The notes under the pieces are model-generated. The model was not told the origin of the DNA. It made no database searches and saw only the letters and a list, made by a program, of their open reading frames with translations. DNA of 63,286 nt, the filler included, from Folioceros fuciformis (taxonomy: Eukaryota), in assembly GCA_049999805.1 (NCBI GenBank). It is 13 parts of 13 records of this genome, joined end to end, with 100 filler letters (N's around TTAATTAATTAA, not from the genome) between each part and the next. Parts side by side here need not be neighbours in the genome. Positions count along the whole stretch, not along the records: positions 24,161 to 30,056 come from JBNGIO010003496.1; positions 30,157 to 39,691 come from JBNGIO010003497.1; 11 more parts are not named here. One strand, 5' to 3'. Shown here one piece after another: positions 24,307 to 37,000 of the stretch. Each line of letters starts with the position of its first letter. The first letter of the stretch is position 1. The translations under genes were made by a program, and so were the position numbers.

Positions 24307-25080
24307 CTAATGATGCATTCTTGTACGACGCATTTCTTCAAATTCATGAATATACATCCACAACTCAGTATACCAAAATTCCCTTGCTGACTGATCATGG
24401 TACTGTTGAATAACATGTATTCCATGTTGTTGTATCATATGGATAATCCTTTCGTAATTGCGATCATTTATGCTTCATATTTCCGTAATAATATCCAGTA
24501 CAAGTTGAGCGTCACCCTGGGACAAAGGATCCATTTGTACTTGACTTTGTTGATCTTGAGATGTTGATCTATGGTTTGCGTGATCTCTAAGAGTAGATAT
24601 AAAAGTAGATGTAAGACGCGTTTCTTCAAAATCTTCAATATACCTTTGCAACTCATTAAACCACAATTCCCTATCTAATTCATCATTATAGTGTTGAATA
24701 ACACGTATTCCATGTTGTTGTATCATATGGTTAATCCTTTCGTAATCACGATCGTTTATTCTTCGTCTTTCTGTGATAATCTCGAATACAAGTTGAACGT
24801 CCTCGGGGGACAAAGAATCAATTTGTACCTCACCTCGTTGATCTTGAGACGTCGATGCATTCGAAACGTTGTATGCTATTTGTCGTCTGCATAGTGGACA
24901 TGTTGGTTGGTTACAATGAGCCAACCATTGCCTTAAACATGTTGTATGATATGTATGGGCGCAAACATTGAGTATTGTTATATCTTGGCCATGGTTAAGA
25001 GGGTTAAGACATATGGCACAAGTCTCGTCTCTTTGAAGAACAACATATCGAGATGTATCATAAAGCAAGCAAATATCCAT
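24307..25080 (-). pseudogene. Intronless RING-H2 finger ORF with two 96-aa tandem repeats and a premature TGA at 24475-24477
   Basis: C3H2C3 motif CAIC...CAHTYHTTC...W...CPLC. ATG at 25080. A 288-bp duplication is present. The frame continues past the stop to 24307. Confidence 0.8.
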
Positions 25081-25675
25081 TCCTCTAGAGGGAAAAACCC
25101 ACCACCCAAGAAATTGAATGTTAAGCAACTTTTGTATGTTGTTGTGCCTTGCCCTGGTCGAACTCTCTCTTGTGGTCTTCAACCAAGTATGCTCCCTACT
25201 CAAATGAAATCGAGGCCAAAAGAATCGGGATGGCTTAAGATAGATTGACACCTATCTTAAACAATGAAGTAGCTTGTGCTAAGCTAGTAGGATTTCTTGA
25301 GAAATTCTAATGGCTTAGAACAAGTGGATACATAACTTTAAGAATCAAGCACCATGTGTCAAGATCTCTAGTTATGTGATGCTTGGATCTCTTGTTGCAT
25401 GTTTTCATCTCTACTTATATGCTTCAAGCCCTATGCTTACCTATTCCCGAAATAGGTAAGTACACCATGGTAGAGGAGTTGTTAAGTACTAAATTGGTTC
25501 GGTTGCTAAAACAAACTATTCATAGACTGTTAGGTCATGATCAAAGTTATTAAATTATAAATTGATAATTAGGTGGATGGCCATTGTACAAGCCTAATTC
25601 AGCTTCATCTATCCTAAGGCCTTGCTTATCCCGTTGTCACCCACAATGAATTGCATTGCAGACTACTACCCATCC

Positions 25676-25790
25676 CAAACCCTAATACCCTAAACGATAA
25701 ACCCTAACCTTACAACCCTAATATCCTATACCCTATACTCTACAACCCTACAACCCTTACCTATACCCATAACCCAAAACCCTAAACCCA
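25676..25790 (+). repeat. Degenerate telomere-like (CCCTAAA)-type tract
   Basis: Many ACCCTA variants. Confidence 0.7.
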
Positions 25791-26085
25791 TTTGGAGTAG
25801 ATGAGTTTTAAATCGAGTTCCTGAAGCCCATGAAATCGAGTTCCCAGAGCCATGGACAACGTGCACATTTCACGGTCTTCCACGATCCGACAAGGAAGGT
25901 GGGAGGAAAGGTAAGGTGCACGCAGCCCACGCAGCCGGGGTATGTACATATGTATGTATGTATGGAGGTGGGTGGTGTGGCGTGTGCGATTGATGAGGTG
26001 CCGGCAGGGAAGGGGAGGGAAGGGAAGGGAAGGGAAGGGAGTGACGTGCAGCGGGTCGTGAATGAGGCATGCACGAGACGGCGGC

Positions 26086-26124
26086 CACGTGGGTGCGCCA
26101 CACCCCGCCCGGCACTACCACGTG
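26086..26124 (+). promoter_or_regulatory. Two G-box (CACGTG) motifs about 1.1 kb upstream of the RSH start codon
   Basis: CACGTG at 26086 and 26119. Function is not shown. Confidence 0.25.
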
Positions 26125-27223
26125 CCGTCTGCCGGACACGGCATGCACATTCCCCGCTCTAACAGTTTTCGGTCTAAAACCCCACCTTCTTCCTTCGGCG
26201 ACGAACCAGCAGCCGGATACAGACCTGCATACGCCACTTCACTCCTGGACCTCAGACAAACAAGAAAAAAAATATCAGTCAAGACCCACGTAAGGTGTAT
26301 ATACTACCCTACCCACCTACACTGCTGCCATCTGTGTACCTACCCAGTACTGTACAAATCGAGGGCAGGGCAGAGCAGGGCAGGGCAGGGCGGGGCGGCC
26401 CACATTCCCCTCCATCACAGATTCTGGCTGCGCATCTTGCCCTGCCCTGCCCTGGGCTGGGCTGGGCCCACCACCGGTTCCTTTTACCGGCATCTAATCT
26501 CGGTTCAGTATATTTGTATAACTTTCAAGGCGCAGTCGCCGTCTATATATGTAATCGGCGTTCTGGTCGTAGGCTGCGCGGAGTCCCAGTTGCCAGCAAC
26601 TTGGCCACCGATTCTCACGTTGGCACGCCAGATGGGCCCGCGCTCAGCTGCCGCGTAGCCCACTAGCTCCCACGTCCCCCGCCCACGGGACCAGGCCCCC
26701 GCCCGGGATCCCCCTGGTCCGTCCATACCCGCCTCCGCCTTCTCTCTTCCTCCTCCTCCCCTCAGGGCCCTTTCTCTCTCTCTCTCTTTCTGTCTCCCGC
26801 GTCCGGACGCGTTACTGTGTTGTTGCCCTGCCGAAGGCGCGGGCGGGGCTCTGCCGGAGGCGGCAAGGCGGAGTCGGGGCTGAGCGGACTTGCTTCCCGT
26901 GTGGTGCACGCTCTGAGTTGTTGTTCTTACTCTTGCTCCTGCCTGCCCCGCGGCCTCTTAAACCCGCCTCCTGCCCGGCCTTTTTCCTTCTCCTTCTCAT
27001 TTGCATTCTTGCTCGAGCGAACGCGGGGCGGGCCACAGGNNNNNNNNNNNNNNNNNNNNNNNNNNNNNNNNNNNNNNNNNNNNNNNNNNNNNNNNNNNNN
27101 NNNNNNNNNNNNNNNNNNNNNNNNNNNNNNNNNNNNNNNTGAGCTCGGGTGGAGTTCTGAGTGGATCTGAGCTGGGGAACGGCATCCGGCGGCGGACGGA
27201 GGAGAGGGTTTCCCGGCTGTGGC

Positions 27224-30056
27224 ATGGTGATTGCCCTGGCCGGGGCCATGGCTCTCTACTCCAGCTCGCCGCCCGCAGGAGTTTGGTCTTCGCAATGTGC
27301 GGTCGGGGGTAATGTCGCCGCAGGGATGGAAGTGGAGGTGCTGTCGCGGAGCACGGCGCATAATTCGGCGTCCAAGACTGGGGTGTTGGTTGGAGGGTTG
27401 TCGTCGATGTTTGCCAGCTCCGGGGCGCGCCATTCGGTGTGTGCCGGCGGGGAGGTGTCAGAGGCGCCGTGTTTGTCCATGGGGATGGTGCGGAGCGGGT
27501 CGCAGACAGACCTGGCGTCCTTCAGCGGGGGCTCCGAGAGCCGGAGCATTCCCAAGCTCAAGGAACGTAGTCCTGTGTCCGTGCTGTACGGACCTGGGGG
27601 ACCTGTTTCTGTGTCTGCCTCGAGTTCTGCTTCGCACTGCGGCTCGCATGGCTCGGCGATCTTGTCGCTGGCGTGCGAGTGGGAGATAGGGAGCGGGAGT
27701 GCCAGTACCAGTGGGGCGGATCACGTCTGGGAGCGAAGACGGTGGCCGTTGGACTATCGGAGGGGCGTGAGGGCCGACGGGTTTGATGGCAGGGGGGAAA
27801 GGTTGGCAGCTGCCTTTCGGTCCAGAGTCTTGGATCTGCGCAGGCCCGAGGCGGACCTGGGGTCCAGTGACTCGGAGGCGTCTGATTTTGGGGATGACTT
27901 GGAGCTCGAGGGTTTGCACACCGATGAGTCGGCTTGTACCGATGCCCTGCGTGGCCCGGCTTGGGATGTGACAGATTCTCGTGAGAGGCTTTTGGGCCTG
28001 GCGGGGAGGGCTGCTGGTCTTTCTGCGTCTCTGACTCAGGACGTGTCGGTGGCTGAGAATGTGGTCAAGCCCAAATCCCCTGATGAGATGCTTAGTGACG
28101 CCCAGAGGCAGCACCCAGTTTTCAAAAACTCGTCCGTTGTAAAAGCTTTCCGCACTGCACAAGATGCTCACAATGGTCAGGTACGTGTGGCAGAAATACT
28201 GCTGTTATTTCGCTCTTTGGCTGCGAGACTCTTGTTTTCATGTCTGGTGTTTGCTCGGTGTGATGCAGTTCCGCCGTAATGGAGATCTGTACCTGGCGCA
28301 TTGTGTGGAGACTGCCCAAATCCTGGCAGCTTCCGGGGCGGACAGTACGGTTGTTGCCGCCGGCCTGCTTCACGATACCCTGGATGACGCATCCCTCGAT
28401 GAATCACAGCTTCGTCTTGAATTTGGAGACGAAGTGGCTGGCCTCGTTCGCGGGGTATGTCTACTGCCTCTACTTTCTGTTTCACTGGTCATTGGAGTCG
28501 ATGACGCGGCTCCACGAGCTTGTGTGTTTGTCATGGGTTGTTTGCTTACAGCTCTGTTCTGCACTACAGGTCTCCAAACTGAGCAAATTCAGCCAGCTAG
28601 CTCGTGACAACAAAACTGTGTGCAACTCTGTGGAGGCAGATCGGCTACGTACCATGTTTCTTTCTATGGTGGATGCTCGTGTGGTTCTTATTAAACTGGC
28701 AGACCGGCTGCATAATATGAGAACGCTTGGTGCCTTGTCGCCTGCGAAGCAAAATCGCATTGCTGATGAAACTCTTCACATCTTTGCCCCTCTGGCAAGT
28801 CGACTGGGTATCTGGAGCTGGAAAGCTGAACTGGAGGATCACTGCTTCAGATATTTGAGGCCTGAAGAATATAACGAGTTGTCTCTGAGAACGGCTGAGG
28901 GAAGGGGTGAAGACGAGTTGCTGTCCTCTATCAAAGAACTGGACCAGGCTCTACGAGAGCAAGGTGTAGAGTTCACAGATCTCTCTGGCCGGCCCAAGAA
29001 TCTGTACAGTGTGTACTCGAAAATGATCAGGTAAGTAATCAAGCAGGAGCCTTTCCGGTACCCGTACGACCGTTTTTTTTCCCTTGTCCCTGCGCCTGTG
29101 CCTCATGAAGAATTTCTTCGCGTGTTGCAGGAAGGGCCGGCATATGGATGAAATATTTGACTATCATGGCCTACGTTTAATCCTTGAAGATGAGGCAAGC
29201 TGTTATGCTGCTCTGGAGGTGGTACACAGGCTGTGGTCACATGTGCCAGAGAAACTGAAGGACTACATAAAATCACCCAAAGAAAATGGGTAAGCTTCTT
29301 GGCCTTTTGTTTTTTCGCCTGATGTTGGTGACAGGAACTACTTCGAGTGCGACTTCTCCTAATTCGGTTACTACTGAATTACTGCAGATATCAGTCTCTG
29401 CATACTGTTGTTCGTGGTCGTGAAGGTCATTTTTTGGAGGTTCAAATCAGGACTGTCAAGATGCATCATCAGGCTGAATTTGGTCTAGCTGCACACTGGC
29501 GATACAAGGAGGGAAACCATAAGTATTCGTCTTTTATACTTCAGAAAGTGGAATGGGCTCGCTGGGTTCTGACCTGGCAAAGTGAGATTATGGATACCAA
29601 AGTCAGGCTGTCACCTGCTCAACCAGATCTCAGGCCACCTTGCCCTTTCCCTCTCCACAAAGATGACTGCCGGCATTCCTCTGTTTGCTATCTTCCTCCA
29701 CAACATGATGACGATCCTCTGTTTGTGATATTGTTGGAAAATGACAAGGTACTTGACTTTTCTTTATCTCACTTTTCAGTTTCACGTTGCTGTTTCGTCC
29801 CTCTTACGGCTACAGCTTTCTGTAAGAATTTTGCCTCTGATATGGGCAGTTCGCCTTCTGTCCGACACACGTGTTAACCTGAAACAGTGCTCGTGATGCA
29901 GATGGTTGTCCAAGAATTGGTACCAGGGTGTACAGCAGCAGATGTGATGGTGGAAAGACGAAAGACGTATCCAGACTGGGACTCCATATGTGCAACCGGA
30001 AGCTTTAGCAGGGAGATGAAGGCAAAAGTTAATTGCAAGTTTGTAGACGATGTTCA
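27224..30056 (+). CDS. RSH2/RSH3: RelA/SpoT homolog, RSH2/RSH3 class (ppGpp synthase/hydrolase, probably plastid-targeted), 3' truncated; exons 27224-28180, 28269-28454, 28570-29030, 29131-29289, 29388-29748, 29902->30056
   Basis: The N-terminus [16 protein letters not shown] resembles plant RSH2/3. HD-domain motifs [33 protein letters not shown]. Synthetase motifs [35 protein letters not shown]. Intron phases are consistent. Confidence 0.95.
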
Positions 30057-31379
30057 NNNNNNNNNNNNNNNNNNNNNNNNNNNNNNNNNNNNNNNNNNNN
30101 TTAATTAATTAANNNNNNNNNNNNNNNNNNNNNNNNNNNNNNNNNNNNNNNNNNNNGGTTAGAGACGAGGCCGGCGGGGCCAGCAGGCCCGGCGCCGCAC
30201 TCGCTGCAGCGGGGGGCGGCACAGGGCAGAGGGCACCCAGAGAGAGAGAGGAGAGAGAAGAGAGAGAGGGAGAGAGACAGAGAAAAGCCAGGGAAGGAAG
30301 AGGCAACAAGCAAAGGGCCACAGGGCTAGAGGAGAAGGAGGAGGATGAGGGAGGAGAGGAAGGAGGAGGAGGAGGAAGAAGAGGAAGAGAGGAGGAGGAG
30401 GAGCAGCAAGGGAGGAGGAGACATGGCGAGGCGAGGCAGCCAACGCTCATCTCTTAAAGGCAGCCCTGGCCTGCGCGGCCCGGTGGGCCTGCCCGCCGTC
30501 GATGCGTCATCGCACGGCGCGCGGCTGTCGCGGCCTCCAAGCCGTCGATCTTGCCACGTCGTCGATTAGGGCACCCGGGCGCCAGCGTGTGGTCCGTGAG
30601 TGGCGCTGGGTTTCGCCGTGCTCCTGGCTTGCGCCGCAAGTCAGTCCCGGGGCTTCCCATCAGGCGAAACCCTCCCTCCGTCGGCTGCGCCGGATTTAGC
30701 CATTTTCCGCGCCTTTGCTTTGATGCCCTCCACGAGGTTTCGCACTTGCCACATTCCATCTCAGATATTTTGAGCTCCCGCTCTTTTCATGCTGCCTGCC
30801 TGCCTGCCTCGGGCTCTCGGACCCTCGACCCCAGCCCNNNNNNNNNNNNNNNNNNNNNNNNNNNNNNNNNNNNNNNNNNNNNNNNNNNNNNNNNNNNNNN
30901 NNNNNNNNNNNNNNNNNNNNNNNNNNNNNNNNNNNNNCCCTCACCCCTCGCCAACCACATCTCTCTCTCTACGTCTCTTCGTGTATGAACGCTCATACGA
31001 AAATCTCCAACTGCCACTAGCTGTTTTCACACTTAGAATTTCTCCATCTATACTTTGTGGGCTTTTTCTTCTTCACATCAATTCAACACACACACACACA
31101 CTTGGAGAGGAGATCAACCAAGAACAACCAAAGCAAGAAGAAGTTGAACAAAACCAAATTGTGAAAGCAGCTAGAAGACGAAGAACACAAACCAACTTAC
31201 AATCAAATGACTGATTACGTTTCACAAAGACGTTGATCCATGCTTAAGTGGGTGTATTGGAACTTGAATCCGTAGAGGCGTGTAGATCGTGATTCGTAAG
31301 GTAAGGCCAGGGTGAAGCGGATGCCGATATCGAAGCGAGTGGATGAGACTAGTACCTTTTCCAGGTGGGGAAATTATAG

Positions 31380-31446
31380 CTATGTATGTATGTATGTATG
31401 TATGTATGTATGTATGTATGTATGTATGTATGTATGTATGTATGTA
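31380..31446 (+). repeat. (TATG)n microsatellite, about 16 copies
   Basis: Read directly. Confidence 0.95.
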
Positions 31447-33248
31447 CAGTACGTTATGTACATAGCTAGCTTGGTAGCCGCAGACACAGAAAGTGGTTGG
31501 ATGTGATGGAACCTTCGGAGCTGGGTGAGATTCAAACTAGGATGCACGTAGGAGCGCGAATCACGTGACGCCAGCTGTACGGGGACGTCCGTCCGTTTTT
31601 CTCCTGTTCACGGGTCACGTTCGGGTCTGGGAAAGCGCGTTAACGGAAGCGCGTCGGGTTAGAGACTGGCTGGTTCCCTGAATGGTCACGATCGGGCCAC
31701 GCCACGCTGATTGAGACGGCCGTCGGCTGGGCTGTCGGCCTCGTTACTCATGGTCAATTCGGACGAATGCATGCATGTATGTATGTACATACAGGATGTT
31801 GCATTAAGTGTAACCTGCATCCTAGCCCGTGGGGTGGTTCGAACCTTGATCCGACCGGGATCTGCCTGCCGGGCTGCCGTGTCGTGAGCCAAGAGCTACG
31901 CCGACCTGCTTTGTGGAGGCCTAGGTCCCACTTGCGGCGGCTTCGACAGGCTCGAGGCCCGGTTGCGTGCGGGTTCGGAGACGTCTCGAGGGAGCCTAGC
32001 GTGTTGGGAAGGATCTTGGTGGCTAGCCAGAGGCAGCGGCCTGGGATGGGATGGGGCTGAGTGCGAGAAGGATCTGCGGCGGAGCGCATGGGGATGCAGC
32101 AGGGCCGGCCGGGGGCTTGCCGGGGGAGGGCACGGTACCGGATGGAGGTTGGAAGGGTTGGAGACTGGAGTCCAAGGAGTTCGCTCTTGAAGCACCATTT
32201 GTGTGTGTGGTTATTATGGTGCTTGACGGAGGCGGTGTGAAGTCAAGACGCCGGTGGCCGGTGGCCGGTGGGAAGGAGAAGTCATCCATCGGTTTCTTGA
32301 GGAATTATGCGACGACAGGACTGCCAAGGGATTTCTCCAGGCCTACCTCCCGCTTGGTGACAGTTTTGGACGCACAGCTTTGTGTAGGCTTACAGTGAGG
32401 AGCGCGTTGAAGCCAGATTTATCGTCGTGTGGACGTCACGCTTTTCGAGCCCTGTTGCGAATGGTATGTGCGAGTTTTAAAATCTTCGGGGAGTCTTTGT
32501 TAAACCCTAGCATGAATTGAGGATGCTGGAAGGCCCATCCTGTGCTAGATTGGAGATGAGAAACACCTGTGTGTGGACTGGCTTCTGACGTAGGAAGCTG
32601 GTTTTGGGACGTGGGGAAGAGTTGAAGCATGGCACACTGGGATAAAGCAGTAACTGGGGCGGATGCGCCAGCTAAACACATGGGGAAGAAGCTTGAATTG
32701 AAATCCTTGACCACGTTTCGTAAGTCCACGCTCCCCGTGGAGTACATCACTTGTCGTGTATCAATATGGCCATGTGACTGTTCAAGTTGGAGGTTTCAGC
32801 GTGATAAAATGCAATGAACCAAAAATCAAACCTTTGCGAACGCGAACACAACTATGGTTGTAAGTACCGATATGTATGGTACCCATATTTTTTTTCTCCT
32901 CACAATCGAGTGAAGAAGATGATATCAACATAAAATGGAGCACCAAAGGAATGCCTAGTCCATAAGTCAATGTTTATACTTACGTACCTTGTAGTTCTGC
33001 GTGCTCCATATATACCCTATCATATTATGCTTTGTAGTGTTTGTACTACACAAGTTGAAGCTAGCGTACCAAGCTCTAATGTCTTTATTCTCAATTTTAC
33101 TTGATAGCAATTCAACCATCAATCTCTCGGTTTATATCATCCCTACTTTTGCTACATGTGTTAGGCTCTTGTAGCAATCTTGTAACTTGCTCACATTGTA
33201 ATGTTTCTAGAGTAGATTTAAAGGTGTCTAGCAAGAGGGGAGTTGGGC

Positions 33249-33613
33249 GCTAAGTAGCTTCAACATAGATAGAGTACTCCGCTAAGTAGCTTCAACATAG
33301 ATAGAGTACTCCACAGATAGCGTTCCATAGTGGGTTGACGTGTTTAGGTGGGGTTGGTTGGGTTGGATTGCTTAAGCATCTAGAGGTTACTGCTCAATTA
33401 GTACTCATGAGCTTCTTCTCACTTAGCCTCCATCTTATTAAGAGATTTCTCCAGAACATGCAATTGATGGTCCTTTGAGTACAACAATTGTGTCACCTCC
33501 TCACAAGCTTTTTCCGATTTTCTTGGTTCTTCTCCAGAACATGCAATTGATGGTCCTTTGAGTACAACAATTGTATCACCTCCTCACAAGCTTTTTCCAA
33601 TTTTCTTGGTTCT
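33249..33613 (+). repeat. Two local tandem duplications: 32 bp x2 at ~33249-33312 and ~84 bp x2 at ~33447-33613
   Basis: GCTAAGTAGCTTCAACATAGATAGAGTACTCC occurs twice. TTCTCCAGAACATGCAATTGATGG... occurs twice. Confidence 0.85.
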
Positions 33614-34069
33614 TCTTTCCAATAGCAACGAGTAAACCTAGGGTTACAACTTTGTGTCGATGGATCTTGTAACAAGTAAACCTAGTTATATCATGTGTCA
33701 ATGAATCTTCTTTCACGCCATGTTTAAACTCGTCCCCACCATCTCCTAAGCTATCATAGAATGCTCATTGTTAACGGCATTGTGTGAAGGGTTTGCCATT
33801 GTAGTTGTCTTTTCCTTCCTACTTCCTTCCTTCACTCCCCAATGTAATGTTTGTCACGGTTTCAAATGCCCTCGTAATTATTTGCAATATCTATTTTTTC
33901 CTAAACAAAGAGCACCATTCCACTACTTCTTCACCAATTCTTGACCCCATCTCGCTACCTCTTCGCCAATTCCTATATATTAACAAGCAACAAATCTCTT
34001 CTTGAAAATACTTTTGCGATATATGTTTTCTCTAAACAACTTGAAACATCTGATAGTTGACGTATAAAT

Positions 34070-37000
34070 TGTTAGGAAGAACATAAGCTAGCCTAAACTC
34101 AATTGTCAACCGAACCGTCACGACGTTTCACGAACCGCTCTCATAAGTCTGAGCCCCTTGTACACTTATTACAATCAACATCTTCCTTTCCTTTCATGGT
34201 ATCAGAGGCCAACGAGCTTGAATGATCCTGTCTACTTCCTCTTAGAAGCTACCATCATGGATAGCAGAAGATCCCATCTTTCTCGAAATTGTCCTGGTGC
34301 TTCTAGAGGTGCAAAACATAAAATTCACAAGGCACCTCAAGTAGGTATGTCTCAATTCCAAGTGAGTCTGTCTCACCAAAAAACTACTCATACACTTTTG
34401 AGGCAATTATTCAGCCATCATCAAGCAAGGTCCCATGACCATGCTTCTCAATTAAATAGTCTTTTTAAGTTACTTTTATTTCTACTCAAACGAGTACTTC
34501 TAAGGCTCTATCCCTGACCTCCCTTATTGCTCTTATCATGCATGAAGCCATGATGAAGCAGTATTCCCCCTCTATGTCTCCTTCTCCACAGGGCCATGCT
34601 GCTCCTTACAGTAGTGGTAGGAAACCTTGGAAGCCTCTTTTTGGCGCTAATAAAACACCTTAGTTTTCTCCACCTAATCCTGCACATAAAGACAAAGTCT
34701 GCCATTATTGTGCTGCTGCTCCTTACAGTAGTGGTAGGAAACCTTGGAAGCCTCGTTTTGGCGCTAATAAAACACCTTAGTTTTCTCCACCTAATCCTGC
34801 ACATAAAGACAAAGTCTACCATTATTGTGCCACACGAGGACATATAGCCCCTGACTGTAGGAAGCGTAAAAGGGATAGGGCTAATGGTGTTGACATACCT
34901 TCTTCGAGTTCCACACCTAAGCCCTCTGCTCATACTACTAAGTCCGCTTTTCTCTTCATGGCCCGTACTTTGCCTTTTCCCCAAGCCAATGATGAATGGC
35001 TCATGGATTCTAGCGCTACGAAGCACATGACCTCTCGTCGTGAGTGGTTTCTCACTCTTGACGAATTATCAGCACCTTTTCTTGTTCAAGTTGGAAGTGC
35101 TGTCACTGTGAATGCCACCGGCAAGGGCGTTGTCCAAGTTCAACTTCCTACTAATCAAGTGGTTATGATCAGGGACGTTCTTCATGTCCCTGGCTTGGTC
35201 ATCAATCTGCTTTCTGTATTCAAGTGCCTCTCACATGATCAAAGAAGGATTTCTTTCACTCAACAAGGTTGTACCATCCATACCTTTTCACGAGAGGGTG
35301 ACATTGTGACTTTCACGTGCCCTCCTTGTAGCAGATTGTATCTGATAGCTCGAGGCATATTTTCTAGCCAATCGGCTCCTGTTCTTAGTTTTAGCACTAC
35401 CTACTTGCCTGTGGAATTAGAATCAAAGCTCTAGCATTTACGGTTAGCCCATCATCACCTTCACAGCATCAAAAGAATGCCTAACGAGGACATGGTTCTT
35501 GGCCTTCCTAAGTTCATTAGAGATATACCTCTTTGTAGTGGTTGCGTTCTTGGAAAACATAAGGTTCACCCTTATTCTCACTCTTCCATTCGCACCTCCA
35601 AGGTTCTCGAACTTATCCATGCCAATCTTAGTGGTCCGATGCAAACTGTCTCCCTAGGTGGCCATTCGTATCTCTTCTTGCTCCTGGATGATTTCAGGCA
35701 TTACAGACCCCTCTACTTTCTTCGTCATAAGCACGAAGCCCTAACTGCCTTTCGCAAGTACAAGGCTCTTGTTGACAATCTCACAGGCCACACCATCAAA
35801 GTCTTGCGCACAGACGGTGGTGGCAAGTTTATCACCTTCAAACCCTTTCTCCTTGCGGCGGGTATTCAACATCAAATGGCCACTCCTTATTCCCAATAGC
35901 AGAACAGTAAAGCTGAGAATCGCATAAAAGGAGTAATTACGGGTGGCCACACTAACCTGCTTGCTGCAAGTTTGCCTAACTTTCTCTGGGCAGATGCCAC
36001 TACTACTGCTTGTTATGTTCAAAATCGCTGCAGTACTGCCTCACTCCCAACTCAAACACCGTTTGAGTGTTGGACTGGGAGGAAGCCCTCCCTCACGCAC
36101 TTACGAATCTTCGGCTGTGATGGCTATCAACAAATTCCTTCCAAGCTACGTAAGAAATTAGACCCTAAATCGAAGAAGCTGACTTTCATTGGATATGGTG
36201 AAGATGAGGGTATCCAAGGATACAGATTGCTTGACACGGCTACCAGATGCGTTACTGTCAGCCATAATGTGATATTTGATGAAACACCTTTTCTGCATGC
36301 TTCCGCTCCGCGGGGCGTCCCTCCATTTGACAAATTCTCTTCAGATTCTGGTGTCATCTCTTATGATGAGGACTCTCTTATTCCGATGCCTTCCCCTCCA
36401 TCTATCCCTTACCTGTTCCTGCAATTCCTAACCCTGTTGCTGTTCCTCCACCGGTTTCTCTTTTAACTCCACCTACCAACTTGGCTCTTACTCCAAACCC
36501 TAATAATTCTCTTGAGGTTCCTGCTGTTGAGCTTGCTTTACCGACGTCTCCCCCTCAAACAATTGGCTCTAAGGATGATTGGGGCTAGAGTGTAGGTCTC
36601 TTCCCCGATTCTTCTCCTTCCTCTCCTCGTAGTGCAACACTTGAGGGCCCTCCTTTATTTGGTGACTCTCTTCCTTCTCTTGGCTCTTCTGATTTAGCTG
36701 CTTCACCTCCTCGCCCTCTCTCTCCCGGCATTCTAGGCCCTCTTCCTAGTCCTCTTTTACGTCGTTCTTCTCGTTCCACCCAAAGGGTGCCGACCACCAA
36801 GTTTGCAGACTTGGACTTTTCTCATGGCTATGGTGCTTGGACCCGTCCTCCTCAAGGGGACGAACCAACATCTATCTCTGAGGCTCAATCCGGGCCCGAA
36901 GCTGCTCAGTGGAAGAAAGCCACTGATCAAGAATATGCTTCACTCATCTCTAATAAAACATGGATACTCACAAATCTTCCTCCAGGTAAGAATCTCATCA

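Noticed and set aside
25676-25790. True chromosome end
   Set aside because: The repeats are short, degenerate and internal to a scaffold.
27224-30056. RSH as a bacterial contaminant or recent horizontal transfer
   Set aside because: It has spliceosomal introns and a plant RSH2/3-type N-terminus, so it is a standard plant gene.
30157-32820. ORFs in GA-rich and GC-rich sequence, possibly a 5' UTR or exons of an unseen gene
   Set aside because: No identifiable protein or consistent splice model.
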